Source: Phoronis australis
Taxonomy: Eukaryota; Animalia; Phoronida
Direction of reading: 5' to 3'
Assembly (NCBI GenBank): GCA_002633005.1
Contig: NMRA01000450.1
Span: forward strand, 99,253-163,252
DNA length: 64,000 bases
The position numbers and the translations under genes were made by a program. Below the pieces are notes generated by a model that saw only the letters and a list, made by a program, of their open reading frames with translations, did no database searches and was not told where the DNA came from. The stretch's first letter is position 1; the number at the start of each line of letters is the position of its first letter. Positions 48,316 through 61,128 of this stretch are shown piece by piece.

Positions 48316-51300
48316 TAAAATGGACAGTAAATCAGAAGAATAGGTGGAAATACTCTAAAATTGTGCTAATAACCAAATGAAATTCCATTCGGATACCTAG
48401 GGAAACGTAAGCGGTCTTTCCCGGTAATATTTTACCGTTCTCTAACAATAACGAATCAAATCGTCTGCCATCTTGTACTCTCAGATTTTGACTTAATGAC
48501 GTCATATTATAATTTGCAGTGACCTGAATGCCAGCCAATGAGCCAAGTGACTGCTTTAGTTCACAAGTCAACGTTAGATGAAAAATTCAAATGGGGGAGC
48601 GACAAGAGGATAGTAAATTCTCGAATTTTAGAGTGAGTCAGTTCTTTTGAAGGGCTTGATTTCTGTCTTATTATTTCTGCTGATGAATGATCACGCGATC
48701 GCATTTTCGACATGTGGAGGTATTTTGATGTGCAATTTGAGTTTGATATGTATGACAATGAATTCCACACTTTCAATATAAGAACTCCCAACCTTGTTTA
48801 AAGATTGGTTTACCGCCTGCAAGGTTAACGTGACCACAAATTAATAAAATTTTAGCGTTTGATACACGACCTTGACAATTTCCAGGGTTAAATAAGTCGC
48901 AAGCTCGTCGCACAGATATCGGTAGCTGTGCGTATTCACTTTGTTTATCTTTCTTATAAGAAAGATAATGGAAAGGTTTTATCGGTAACCGGCTGATGTG
49001 TGTCTAAGGTACGATATCCATGCGACCTAGATGCAACAAAGGAAAACAATGGGAGAGTCCCATATGCGATAACCATTTGACGCGCCTACGTCCGTCGCAT
49101 GGGTTTCGCAAGTTAAACAATAGCTTGCGAAATCCATACAACGTCATTTGGCATGGAAATTGACACTCCGTAAAATGGCAAAATATCCTTCGCGTCACAA
49201 CCACGTTCTGTCAATTTTTCTCCCTTCTTCAGAGTGTTTGAGCCTAGCTTGCTCATCTGAAAATTCGTCCTCCCCATTTATTCCCTTTCTTCTAATTTCT
49301 TTTCTACGGGTAGTACGAGCTACATATTTGAAGACTGAAGACTCATAAAAATATAGTATGCATGTCTTGCAAGAATAGACGCACGTTTTGCGTGCGAACA
49401 AAACATATTGTCGAAGGACTAGGGTCACTTTTGGGTAAGTTGAGAATTTGTGTACATTATTTATTCTGTCAAATACATTTTAAGAAGCTAAGAAGTTGTT
49501 TACGCAAAAGATTAGCCACAATTTAGCTATCCGCTAGCGAGCCAGCTACTTGTATGAAGACTGCCGCCAAAATAAAGCTAGGTACTTAGCCAGCCAGCTA
49601 GCTGTACGAACACTCAGTCGTAAAAATACAGCTAGGTACCACGGTGTGTTGAGCTCCGACAGACCTCGAATTTGCACACAGCCCGAGTAGTTCTGCTCGC
49701 CGTGAAACTTGTATCAACATGTAGAGCTAAAGACCGGCGGGGCAGCATGTAAAATCTGGGAGTCAACTGAAACTCACCTTGCCCGCTGCATTCGAATAAG
49801 TAAAAGTCAATTTAATAAACGTCATTTTATTGCATAATTCTCCGTCTTTTGTAACAAAGAAATATGCTATGGGCTGTAGCTCCAGTCTTTTCGTTCTGTG
49901 ACCATGGCAAGGGGCAACTTGATTTTTTCTGTATGGCTAGATATACAATCAAGAATTTGATATCTGAAAAGTAACCGTGTTTTAAGTTGCATTTTTTGCA
50001 GAAAAACAGCTTTGTGAGTCCAAATGATACATTATTGAACAAGAGATGGCGCTAAGTCCAACACAAGATCGTATCTTCAGCCAATCACATGCTCAGAAAT
50101 TGAGTAACTGCAGACCTATTCTAACATGGCGTCTCCCTTAGGAGGTGCTGCCAATGAATGATGCATGCACTTTCAATTGGTAAATGCATCCGATGTGTCG
50201 AGTTTCTCGCAACTGGCATGCGTAAAAACTATTGACTGTGTTAAAGAATGACTTTCCCTGGAAGATGAAGACAGTAATGAGCACAATGTGTGTAGCAGTC
50301 TCTTTCATGTAATTTCACTTGTTGTTATGGGCTTCAGTATAATAAGGCATGTTATAAAAAGCCTACTGGCATTACATGGATTGAACGAGCAAAAACAAAG
50401 ATCGAGAAAGTGTGAACTTTGCCGAAAGCAGAATCCCTTGACTACCAAAGTGATTGTGAGTGTTAATTTTTTTCTTGGGGTTAGATCATTTATCGCCTGT
50501 CACTGAGACGGTGTAGTGAGTGCCTCATTGTAAAACTGATGAAATGTACTCGGTGGCTGGCCTGCTTCTGTTTGAATCGAACATCCAGGTCATACTTTGA
50601 ATAACAGGCCCGTGTGCTGGCATTCGAATGCAGGTAGGACACATAACTCAATAACAAGGTGAGCATTTCTTCTGTGTACGTTGTGTTTTCTCAGTAACCA
50701 TAATTGTGGGCATGGTGGCACGGAGGATCTAAGCTTCTCATACGAAGCTCAGCTCGAAAATTGACCAGCATGAATGGTTGGGCTTTGAGTCTGGATTTGG
50801 AGATCTTATCCTGGGCCCAGGTGATTGCCCATCAATGTAAATATTGACTACAGAATGCGCCTAAATGTGGAACACCATCTTAACATTTTGAAACTACTTT
50901 TACTCGCAGGTTTTGCTAAAAAGCAAATATGCAAAAAACGAAGTATTTTTTACATTGGCGAGAACTTCCTAGGAAATCTAGACGATACCCTAAGTTGGCT
51001 AAAATTTCCAGAAGAAATGATTATATTCTTCTGCCAGAACTTGTCATCTGTCAGCAAGTATGTGCTGGACAGCATCTCAAAAGGAAAGAAAGAGCCACTG
51101 TCCAACTTTGATTATGTAACAAGTACTGTTTGTTATTCTGCAACAAATACGAACTTTTTTTAAAACTATTTTTATTGAGATTCTACTGATGGTTTGCTTA
51201 CAGATTACATTTTGTGCAGTGTTCTTGGAACACTACCTTCAACCACTTTTTATATGTTATTTGAAATAACGAAATTTATTTGAAGGAAAGTACAGGAATT

Positions 51301-53458
51301 CTTGCACGATTGCAAAGACTCGTGTGCATATCTGAAATTATAGGTTAATTTTCAAAGAAATGTTTTTTCAGACCATTTTGCATACAAACCCATGGGAATA
51401 TTTTTCACTTTTGGCCACAGCCGGATAGGCCTTGTATACGCACTTCCCCTTCTAAGTATTTTCTACGTGTCTTTCGATTATTTCGATCTTTCTTAGTACT
51501 TTCATTTCATTAATTTAATAAAGAATTGGATACATGTCAACATCTATCGTTTTTAGGGCAGGCCTACAATGTTCTCCTTGGTATTTTTAAACACTGGCAT
51601 CAGTTTTCATTTTTAATTTGTTTGATTGTAAGTGGGTTGGCTTGGCATGCTGCCAAGGCAGGAAATGACATGGACCTTTTGATTGGAGTACAAGGAAAAG
51701 ATCTGGTCTGGTATCACTTTGAGTCAAGTACCGTCGTTCTTACTATAAAAGTTTCAAAAGACCGCTGAAAAAACCGCTGAAATCTGACGATAGCGCTTTC
51801 AGGGGAAACGGAAAAGTAAAGGGACTGCACATTTTCTGGAAATTGTGTTCCTTTTGCAGCACGTTTGCTAAACTTGGAGCAAGCTACACATAAGATGAGA
51901 AATTTTATCCGATATACAAGAAATTTCCTGTGTTTTATATGAAGTAGAATCGAACGTTGTGAATCAAGCCCTCTACAACATCTTCAGATTTAAAATGTGA
52001 ATGAATTCAATTTATCAACCAATATCGATGCTCTTCGACAGCACGTTGAAAGAGTAAATCAAAAGTTTGCTAACAAAGGAGGCCACGTGACCAATATGTT
52101 GATACTCCATCACCCGAAGACCATGGATAGTTCATCAGGAGTAACGACATTCATTTTGTGTGGACAACTGTGCTACCAGCACCTCCCAGTGTGTCTAAAG
52201 ACGTTAGCTGCAAATACAAAAAGAACGCGTGTAAAACAAACATTTGTTCTTGCGTAAATTCTCGACAAAAATGCACAGAAATATACTACTGCCCAAAATG
52301 TGAGAATGGGAGTGATGAAATTTAGTCAGATGATAGATAATAAAGTAACGGTGTGATGGACTTGCCACAAACCGGGCTATTAACTGGTTCGGTGAGCCTA
52401 GTGATTTGTGAAACATTTTTCGATTTTTAAATTTACGTCTCCAGCATCTTTTTAATTTTCTGTTTTTTTTTTTTTTACTTCATCCGATTGCATTTGTTGT
52501 TACTTTATACGTTTCCATTTTTGGCAAATTGTATGCCTTAGACTTTTAGCAGTAAATATTTTCGTATGACAGATTAGTAAATTTGTGATAAAATAAACGT
52601 GAGACATAGTCAGCTTTATAATGTGTAGTTTCAACAACATTATAAACAGCATAAACACTATGTATGATAGTTCCACCAGGTGGCGTCAATAAATTCATAT
52701 TTCTTCCTTAATTCTGCATTGTAATTGAAAGGTTTAAAAAAGTACGAGTTTATTACAACTTAATATAGCCTGTAGGAATATCATATACAGTTTCATGCTT
52801 TATGGGCATTTTATTTTCTTCTTTTCTCTCTTTGTTCAGTTCCATGTAAAATTTGCTGAATTGGCAAAATTTTCTCATTAAAATTAACAAAAATGTGCAA
52901 GTTTAGACGCGGGAAGTTTTTTGATTCATGAATTACAATAATTTGTGATATCAAAAACAATAGAATTAAATTGCCCCCTAAAGTGGTCACAGAATTGGTT
53001 TTTCAGGCCACTTTCTGCCTAAAAAGTATGACGTTGTTTTGAAAACTTTCGCTCGTGACACGCGCAAGCGCCATTTCCTAAAGTTTTGGTACATCTCTTA
53101 GAAGATGGTGATAGCTTCGCAGCACCAAAATGTGTTCTGAAATTCGGTTTGCTAGTATCAAAATTCTTATAATGAAGTGAAACCAATTCCGATAATTTGT
53201 TGTGTCATGTACGCAACCCCGTGAAAGAACAACAGTTGATTAAGAGTCGGCGAAAAAAGAAATTGGCCAATAGGCGACACAATATTTCATGTCGCCGAAA
53301 CTCGACACAAAAGATTACACCAAAATTTTTAGCAGAATAACGGTAGAACGAAAATTTTTCCAACACCGGAACATAATTTAGTTTATCAAGGAAGAGTCTA
53401 GTTTTAATGACATTAATTTTGTGTCAGATTTCATCTTGGCAGTTCATTTAACCACATC

Positions 53459-53557
53459 GGCGCAAAGCTGTACATTTAGTATACAGCTTTGCGCCAAGCC
53501 TAGGTACCACTTAGCCTTGGTGCGAAGCTGTATACTAAATATACAGCTTTGCGCCAA
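53459..53557. repeat. double palindrome (two ~37-bp hairpins inverted about a spacer)
   Basis: GGCGCAAAGCTGTACATTTAGTATACAGCTTTGCGCC and GGTGCGAAGCTGTATACTAAATATACAGCTTTGCGCC. Confidence 0.85.
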
Positions 53558-53981
53558 TGTGGGTAAAAAAACTGACCAAATAAGCTGCATACCTGTCTTC
53601 ATAATTCTCGTCAAGGTCGCTGTTCAACGTCTTCCACAGATGACTTGGTGGGGGAAACCAGAAAACCGTTGAGTTTTCTTTAAAATTCAAAATCCCTCTA
53701 TTGTTTCCCAAAATAAGTGCTTGTTAAGTTAGATTCTGTGTTATAAAATTCTTCCATTTGGTCTAAAACCTCAAAAAGTGGAAAAATCCATTGTAGCAAC
53801 GCTTTAAAACATCAAAATGTTAGAATAACATCCAATGTTAAGTTTCAAGTAGTTTTCATCTCATTTACAGGTCTGTATTGGGGTTATGGACGGGAACTTC
53901 ACAAGCACCAGGGTATGCTAACATAACGGTGAGACTGGGAAGAACTCGGACCGTTCCACTTGGGAAACCAAATTAAATGAA

Positions 53982-54791
53982 ATGACTAGGAAAAACAGTT
54001 ATTCGCCAACAGACAGGGATGACCTAACGAGTCCCACTGAACGCACAACCGAGACGTCCAGAAGCTGTTACAGTGACTCCAGCGATTTGACCAGGAGTGA
54101 TGGAAGCAGTGACAGCGGTCTTCAACGCAATCAAAATGCTGCCATAAAAGTGTCATTAGCGGGTTTTCTGGAGGACAAAGAAAGCGTGGGCAGCGGCGAA
54201 ACGACGGGTGACTTGAGAAAAAAGGAAAGACTGTCAAGGCTTGCCACTAGATTTCTTGTTGAGGAGAAAAAGTTTTTCCCGGTCTCCGGTGCTATTGTAT
54301 GTACTCTACTATCTCTATGTGGTTTCGCAGTACTGTACTTATCCGCTGGTCTCACTGCAAAGACAGCAGGAATAACAACTGCTGCTATATTCTTAGCTTC
54401 TTTGATTTGTTATGTTTTCTCGAGACTGATGCGTTGTGTTTTTCTACTGTCACTTCCGTCACTGTGTGGCGCCAGAGGGCGTTCCGTCATCTGGTGCATT
54501 ATTCTTGGTGTTTTGATGCGAGGACCAGTCGCAAACATTTTCGCGAACCTTAATGAAGTGTCTCGTGGACTCAGCTGTCAGGGTGAAATAATGTACAACC
54601 AAACAAAACAATTTCAAGCCATGCTAAGAAAACCGTTCGACGACTTCGCCCGAAGAATGACTCAAGCTATAAACAAGCTGAGTTCAGTGAGTCAGAACAT
54701 TCGCGATGCTGCAAAGCCAGTCACTGACACTATAGAACTCGTATTCAATGCAACAAAAGGAGTGCGAGGATTGTTCACAGATTTTTCAGAG
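53982..54791 (+). CDS. DC-STAMP domain (DCST1/DCST2/sneaky-like) multipass membrane protein, N-terminal coding exon
   Basis: TM segments followed by MRCVFLLSLPSLCGARGR, GPVANIFANL.EV...LSC..E...NQT family signatures; acceptor TTTACAG ending 53870; donor GAG|GTGACG at 54792. Confidence 0.85.
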
Positions 54792-55424
54792 GTGACGTTA
54801 TTTCGATTATAGAAATTTTGCAGAGTAATGTCAGACATGAAGTTAATTTTCTTTACAAACACGCATCCAGTGTGTTTGTTACCAACGCGTTCATAGCTCA
54901 GTGACATGGATTATTTTTAGAACACGCAAAGATGCCGTGTGTTTTCATATAAATCAACAATTTAAAGGAGAACACAACTGTTTTTAAGGTTACTTTTCTT
55001 TAAAATGCGACATTCTGGTTATTCTTGTTTTCAACTTAAGCTAATTTTCCCGGGTTCTAATTTATTTTGCATGCGTCACACCGGATGTAACGTCAGCGGC
55101 CCCGATCATTTCCTGCCATATTTGTTCATGTGACGGTTCACTGTGAACGTTTGTGGATTGCTTGATGTGTACCGACAATCACCGTTCGTTCTTTGGCGAG
55201 TATTTTGCGATTAAATTGAATTAGAACTCACATAAGTTGGGCTTAGCTATAGTTTGTTCTGCAGTGGACGGGAAATGGTTGGAGTGGAAAACCGCAAACT
55301 GAGGCTCAGTGGCTTACAAATCGTAGACAGTGACGGGGAATTCTTTTATGTGCCTAATTGAAATACGTGGAGGCTCAGGAAGCTGTTGATGCGAGTGAAC
55401 ATCTCATCTTTTGGCTAGCCAGAT

Positions 55425-55600
55425 GGTTTGTGCGTATGATTCGGATGCTCGTTTGTATGATTTGTGTTCGTTTGTGTGTTTTTTGTGGTTCGTGCGCATA
55501 ATTTTCGTTCGTGTGCGTGACTTGTGGGTTCGTGTACATGATTCATAGGTTTGTAGGTGGTTCGTACGTAAGATGCGATGCTCGTGCGTATGATTCATTC
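55425..55600. repeat. degenerate short-period tandem array (TCGTGCGTATGATT-like), probable transposon subterminal repeats
   Basis: Repeated GTTCGTGCG and CGTATGATT units. Confidence 0.55.
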
Positions 55601-56468
55601 GATCTCCTGTGTTATCGAATGAGCGTGCAACTCAAGTCACGTGTATTCGTATATGCGTCATTTTCGAATCCGCAATTTTAGGGTTGGTCAACTCCAATAA
55701 ACTCTGGAGCGTTGCTTTGAGTCGCTGATGGTTTTGATGTTCATGTTGGTAACGGAAATTGAATCCTATCGCGTAAAAGAATATTATGAGATCCTAAAAG
55801 TCAATAACCTATACAGAGCGAAATGCAGCTATACATTTCTTCACCCTAACTGAAATTAAAAACCCTTATTCCCACGCATTTTCTGGTCCTATACTATTAC
55901 ACCAGGCAAAACATTTCAGAAGGGCGTGAATTTAATTACTTTTATCAATTAGGCTTAGCAAAATTGGCATCTACTGTGTTGTGATCTTTAAAAATATAAT
56001 TATGCTATAATTGATAGGTCCGAAAAGTGGAGATAAGCCACAAGCATATTAATTTTACCATGCGGTAGCGAATTTCCACAAGTTGAAATGATACATGTCG
56101 TAAGTCCTATTCAGACATACTGAAGCAACAGATTCATTTCCAAGTGTTCCCGGTGAGATTTCACTCGAGCGGTTGGCGCATTTGCATGGAATCACAAAAT
56201 ACAGAGAGCAGTCTTAACTCCTAACTCTATATCTACCATTCTGGGCTCATTCATAGTTACTGGCTCGTTGATATCAAGCAAACTTCATGCGTCAGATCGA
56301 ATCGATTCAAACAGCTAGGTCACTGGTTGTTAGAATGGTACAGTGCAAAGGAATTACCAGACATTTTGTTCGAAATCGCTGTTCGTAGTCTCTCGTTTGT
56401 CTGCATTTTGACTTAAATCAAGATCTGCCTGCGATATGCATTGTCGTGTCATTGGTTAACGTCTCTAT

Positions 56469-57013
56469 AGACCTAATCCACGCCGATAGGAGGCGCGTTC
56501 CAAAACGAGGCTCGCTACGATAGCTCTGTTGGCTTATCGGCATAGTTGTACTCCGCGTTGCTCGAACGGCTTCAAAAAATACGGACACTCAATTGTCTGG
56601 TTTACAATCCCTAAGGACGTTGAGATTCGGAAGCGTTGGGTCCTTGCCATACGCCGCGACGAAGGAAAATATGTCCGTGTAAAATTTATAAGAAGGAACG
56701 TAACCCTGCATTCAGCATACCTAATCCGTAACACTACGATCGCCGCAATTTGGTCATAATTACTTTTCATGTTTCGAACCTAGTTTTCCGAAAAAAATTA
56801 TACCCTTTCGTCAGACAATTCTTTGTTGCATTAACTTGTTCTCTAATGTATTTTTCTACGTCTCTGTGGTTAATTATTGACACATTTTTAGGATTTAATA
56901 TCCAGGTTGGACTCCAAAGACTGGCCATTTAACTCACGCAATATCAACTTCCGCTTTGTTTATCGCAGCGAGCCTCGCTTTGGATTTTAATGTCCGCCTC
57001 GTGAATTAGTTCT
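56469..57013 (+). mobile_element. ISL2EU-like non-autonomous element carrying a THAP exon, inside the DC-STAMP-like intron
   Basis: TIRs AGACCTAATCCACG...TCCAAAACGAGGCTCGCTACGATA versus TATCGCAGCGAGCCTCGCTTTGGA...CGTGAATTAGTTCT, flanked by AT on both sides; family assignment is inferred. Confidence 0.65.
56529..56680 (+). pseudogene. THAP zinc-finger N-terminal half
   Basis: HSCTPRCSNG.......WFTIPKDVEIRKRWVLAIRRD matches THAP C-x-C...FP...W...IRR; start codon is TTG; second half absent. Confidence 0.75.
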
Positions 57014-58788
57014 ATGTCCGGATGACTAACAGAACCACACAAACCACAAAAAATACCACAATCGAGTCGGCTTCATAACACCGCGGAAATAAAATCGTCT
57101 TAAACATATGTAAACGATTGACCCATGATATAAACTACATTCAGTGGATTCTCACAATAGTTATTAGTTTTGCGAGTAATTCTTTAAAGAGATAAAGTAG
57201 TACAAGTGATTCTAAAACATGCAATAAACGTTTTGAAATGGAGACGAAATATTTCCACTTTCACCTAGTTGTCAAGATACACGTCACATATTTTCTTGCG
57301 GTATTCCATGTGTCGGCTATTTTTTGAATTTGATGATGTTTATCAAGTTGCGTTTAAATGTGGGGCGCCCAACCCCCTTGCCATGCGTCTTATTAATTGT
57401 TCTGTCGAAACTATCCCTCTTAGCATTTTAGCTTTTGTGCAACTTACTGTCAATAAGTTTACTCATTTTAGAAATGTTCTGGTGCAATTGGCAGTGCAAA
57501 GGGGGAGTGTGTTAAGTTCTGGAAGAAAGTACACAGTGACTGTGATCGCGAAGTCGGAAAGTTCTTCGGGCCAATCGAGGAGACGCTGGGAAATGCCGTT
57601 AAGGACGGTATCTAATTACGTTGATTTTTATTCTGCATTCTTGGACATGTAATTTTAAAGCGATGCACGTGCAGTACGCCATTGATTATTTTATTTGAAG
57701 GTTCAAGCAAGTGCAGTCAGCTTGTAGTATGATTGTTTGACTTAAGGTGTCGCATAAATAGCTTTTTATTATTGCTCGTTAAAAACTTAATTTCCCGTCA
57801 TCACAAAGAAAGGTATCAAATCCTCCTTTAGTACTCGAACGAAGAATTCCTCTTAACTGAAACTGTTCACAACTTATTTCTCACAGACATCCGAGATCTT
57901 TCTTTCTGTAGCATTTTTCTATTGCCCGAGCATTCCTTTTAATTGCGCGTTTGGAATAATGTACCAAGCAAGTATATGTTGTCATACTATGTTCTCAATG
58001 GACAAAATCTGTCATCGGACGCACAAAGCGCGACCAACACCTATGGCCTCGAAGCCACTCATCACGGTTTCACCTCCGCAAGTCTGAGTTTAGTTCAGTA
58101 GCTGTCTCGCGGCTTCAAAAGAACAGTTCGGAATGCTTGAGACCAGGCTCTGCAAGTTTGCGTGCATAGCCGCTTTAACTGCCCTATCTTTCTAAACGTA
58201 AGCATCAGGCCAGCTTCCGTACGCTTCTGAACAGTGTCAGCTTGGTTAAGATTTTTCGATCCCTCAAAGTAATTTGAGCTGCCTCCAATCGCTACAGTCT
58301 TCGAGCAACCGCATCCACCAGTCGCTGCAACTCCACCCCCCCCCCCCCTCCTTTGTGNCCGTAGGAAAGAATGCTTGTTGTTTTCACTGGCTTCGTTTTG
58401 GAACGTCACGCACATTTCCATAGGTCATGTCAGAAACCTCCGAGGTGTGTGGACATATTCCCGATGTCAACCGACAAACTTTCTTTATCCACTAGTTCCG
58501 CATTATCTTATCTTTGAGTGGTGTCGAAATGGTGAAGAATTTAACATCACTTCCCCAGCGACATTTGTTACGTTTATCTCGTGTAATCATAGACAATCCT
58601 ATTCGACACTGAACTTAGTATAAAAATCTCCAGTGATTTATTTCGAGCTTATAAAACACTGCATTGTATCATTTCAGTCTCGTGTCATATAGCATTCATA
58701 GCACTGCAGTCGTCGTACTATATTTACGCTCTAGTTTCCTTTACTTGCTGCTCAATACATCTGTTTTATATGACTCACTTTCTGAAGG

Positions 58789-58980
58789 CATCCGTTTTGC
58801 TACCGAACTGGGGAGTGAAATAGCGAAAGGCTTCAACACCGTAAAAAGTGCTGTCGTGGGCGTGGCAAACGCCATAGGTGACGGTGTCGTTGAAGCAGTG
58901 GAGACGGTAGGGAATGCATTTGAAAACTTTGGTAATGCATTCGTCGACTTCTTTGGTCGAAAACGGCGACGAAAAAGACG
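58789..58980 (+). CDS. probable internal exon of the DC-STAMP-like gene (amphipathic helix + polybasic stretch)
   Basis: Acceptor CACTTTCTGAAG; IRFATELGSEIAKGFNTVKSAVVGVANAIGDGVVEAVETVGNAFENFGNAFVDFFGRKRRRKR; donor ambiguous. Confidence 0.6.
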
Positions 58981-59205
58981 ATATGTGAGATATATCACCG
59001 ACACCTTTATGGATTGTGGACAACACGAGCTATTAAAGTAATTATCTTTCAAAAGGATACCAAACTCGGTTTTGGCCTTATAACAGATACTAAAAAGGAC
59101 TTTCCTATCCAGTTCTTTGAAACAAAATAATGCCTTGAAATAATAGACAACCCTCAAAGGTTTGGATGCAATGTGTTGCAAAGTTTCGTATGGCTTTATT
59201 TTCAG

Positions 59206-60201
59206 TCGAACAAAGCGCGGACTCGCCAGCGACGTCTTGTGTGCCCCTGTGAAACTTGAAGCAACGTGTGATATTCTTGACATCCCAAACGCAATATGTA
59301 ACCTTCCTGGCGGAATAGAGGAACTTATTCGAAAAGCAGAAGAAAAGTTTTTTAGTCTAAAAGCTGCATTAGACCTGGACTTCGATTTTGAAATCCAAAC
59401 AACAATTTCCGGAGATGTGTCGGCGAATTCCAGCAAATCTATGTCAGGGATCAGGGATTCTGTTCAAGGTGAATTAGAAACAATTACTTCCGTGGTCAGC
59501 TTGGTTACAGATATTTTCGGAAAATTGTTTGCCGCATCTATTTTGTTCGTGCTTTTAAAAGCATTCCTGTATAGAAGGGCTTATTTACGTAAACTGATAC
59601 ACGACAACACGTACCTGACAAAAGAGATGGTAGATATGGACAAGACTTACGTCAAGAAAGGTCAGCCTCCAGTGTTTCCGTTACATAAGAGACAGGCAAA
59701 AAAGTACACGTTTGTGACCTCAAAGGCTCTCACGACAAAGGAAAGGCGTTTCTTAAAAATGGGTTTCATTGTGCTATTTGTGCAGATAATAACTGCCACG
59801 TGCATAATGCTGGTTGACTACACGCTCTACTGGTTCATGTCAGTTCTCCAAAAACACGGAAGGGAGTCAAAGTTTCAGTCCGACGGGTTGGCGAGTATTA
59901 AATTTGGCATAGAAGGTAGCTCGGGCGTCTTCGCCGACTCCTTAACAGAGATAGTCGACACGGTCAACGGTATATCTGTGGGATACAACAACAGGTTAGA
60001 TATCGCTCAATGTTTCCCCAAGCCATCTGCTTCCAGTACGAGACATATTTATCTTGTTGCATGCCTGTTCGCCTTCTCTTTCGTGTTACTAACAATGCAA
60101 GCCTACAGCATGCGTCTCAGTCACAAAATTATGGATATATTCCAACCCAAGCGGCGTCTAGAAAGAATAAACTATCTGTATGACAAGATTAGAACAGAGA
60201 G
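59206..60201 (+). CDS. DC-STAMP domain exon
   Basis: Acceptor TTTATTTTCAG ending 59205; LCAPVK...CDI, AFLYRRAYL...HDNTYLT, VFPLHK, VDYTLYW, CFPKP, QAYSMRL..KI...FQPKR..ERI.YLY family motifs; probable donor AG|GTATGG at 60202. Confidence 0.88.
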
Positions 60202-60839
60202 GTATGGTAGACAAACACTTTAAACCGCAACTGTTGCCAAGACGCCAAATTGAAACCACTGCATGTGTATGAGCGCAACAATGTGAATAAAATAAGATTA
60301 TAACCAAATATATCATTTTCGTTTACCAAACAAACAAAGCTTCTCGCACTGAGGCTGATATACTGGCGACCAGTGGTCTGTCTGAACTGGGGTGAACATT
60401 TCACGATCCATTTTGATCAATATAACATCCATACTTGCTGCATTGGCCATCAGCCAATTGAATTACATCCCCAAAACTAGCAATTACTTTCAGTTTCTCA
60501 TCCCACGCGACACTGACAATGTTGTCAGGAACTCAATAACACCGACGCCGAGTCGTTAACAGTGATGAACCGACACTGCCTTTTAGAGTGACGCCACAAC
60601 CAGTTACAACGACACCGCCTACTCCGAATGTGACAACGACTCTGACACTACTGTCGATGACAGCAGCAACTCTTGGACAACATCGGCGAGCCGGCAAGAT
60701 TATTCACGGATGGTGTTAATGCTGCATCCAACAATGTCAATGACAACGTTCACAGCGATTCCAGGGTTGACAAGCAAACGACCACAACATCACTAGCGAG
60801 TCCACGACTATGAAGCGCCTAAGGGTTCTTAAACGAGTA

Positions 60840-61128
60840 CATTTCTGTGTGTCGAAATGTGCTTAATCTACGCGTACTTTTGCTTAATCTACGCGGACTT
60901 TTAATCAGTTCATTTAGTCCAGCCACGCCCGTGGTTTCAAATTAATTGGTCACGAGCACAGCGATGATCGCTTAAGAACTAAAAGTACAAGTAAATTAAA
61001 GGTAGCGTTGGTTAAGCAAAAGCACGCGTAAATTATGTAAAAGTACGCGTAGATTAAACAAAAGTACAAGACAAGTAGAGTGAGCAAAAGCACGCGTAAA
61101 TTAAGCACTATTCAATGGGTAGAAATAT
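60840..61128. mobile_element. MITE with inverted arrays of a ~21-bp subterminal repeat
   Basis: GCTTAATCTACGCGTACTTTT twice on the left; AAAAG(C/T)ACGCGTA(A/G)ATTA three times on the right. Confidence 0.65.

Noticed and set aside
58741-59436. 231-aa minus-strand ORF
   Set aside because: Antisense to DC-STAMP-like exons; no domain evidence
60320-60800. Terminal RING-like exon of the DC-STAMP-like gene (VCLNWGE...)
   Set aside because: No convincing acceptor and an incomplete Cys pattern; cannot be supported without alignment
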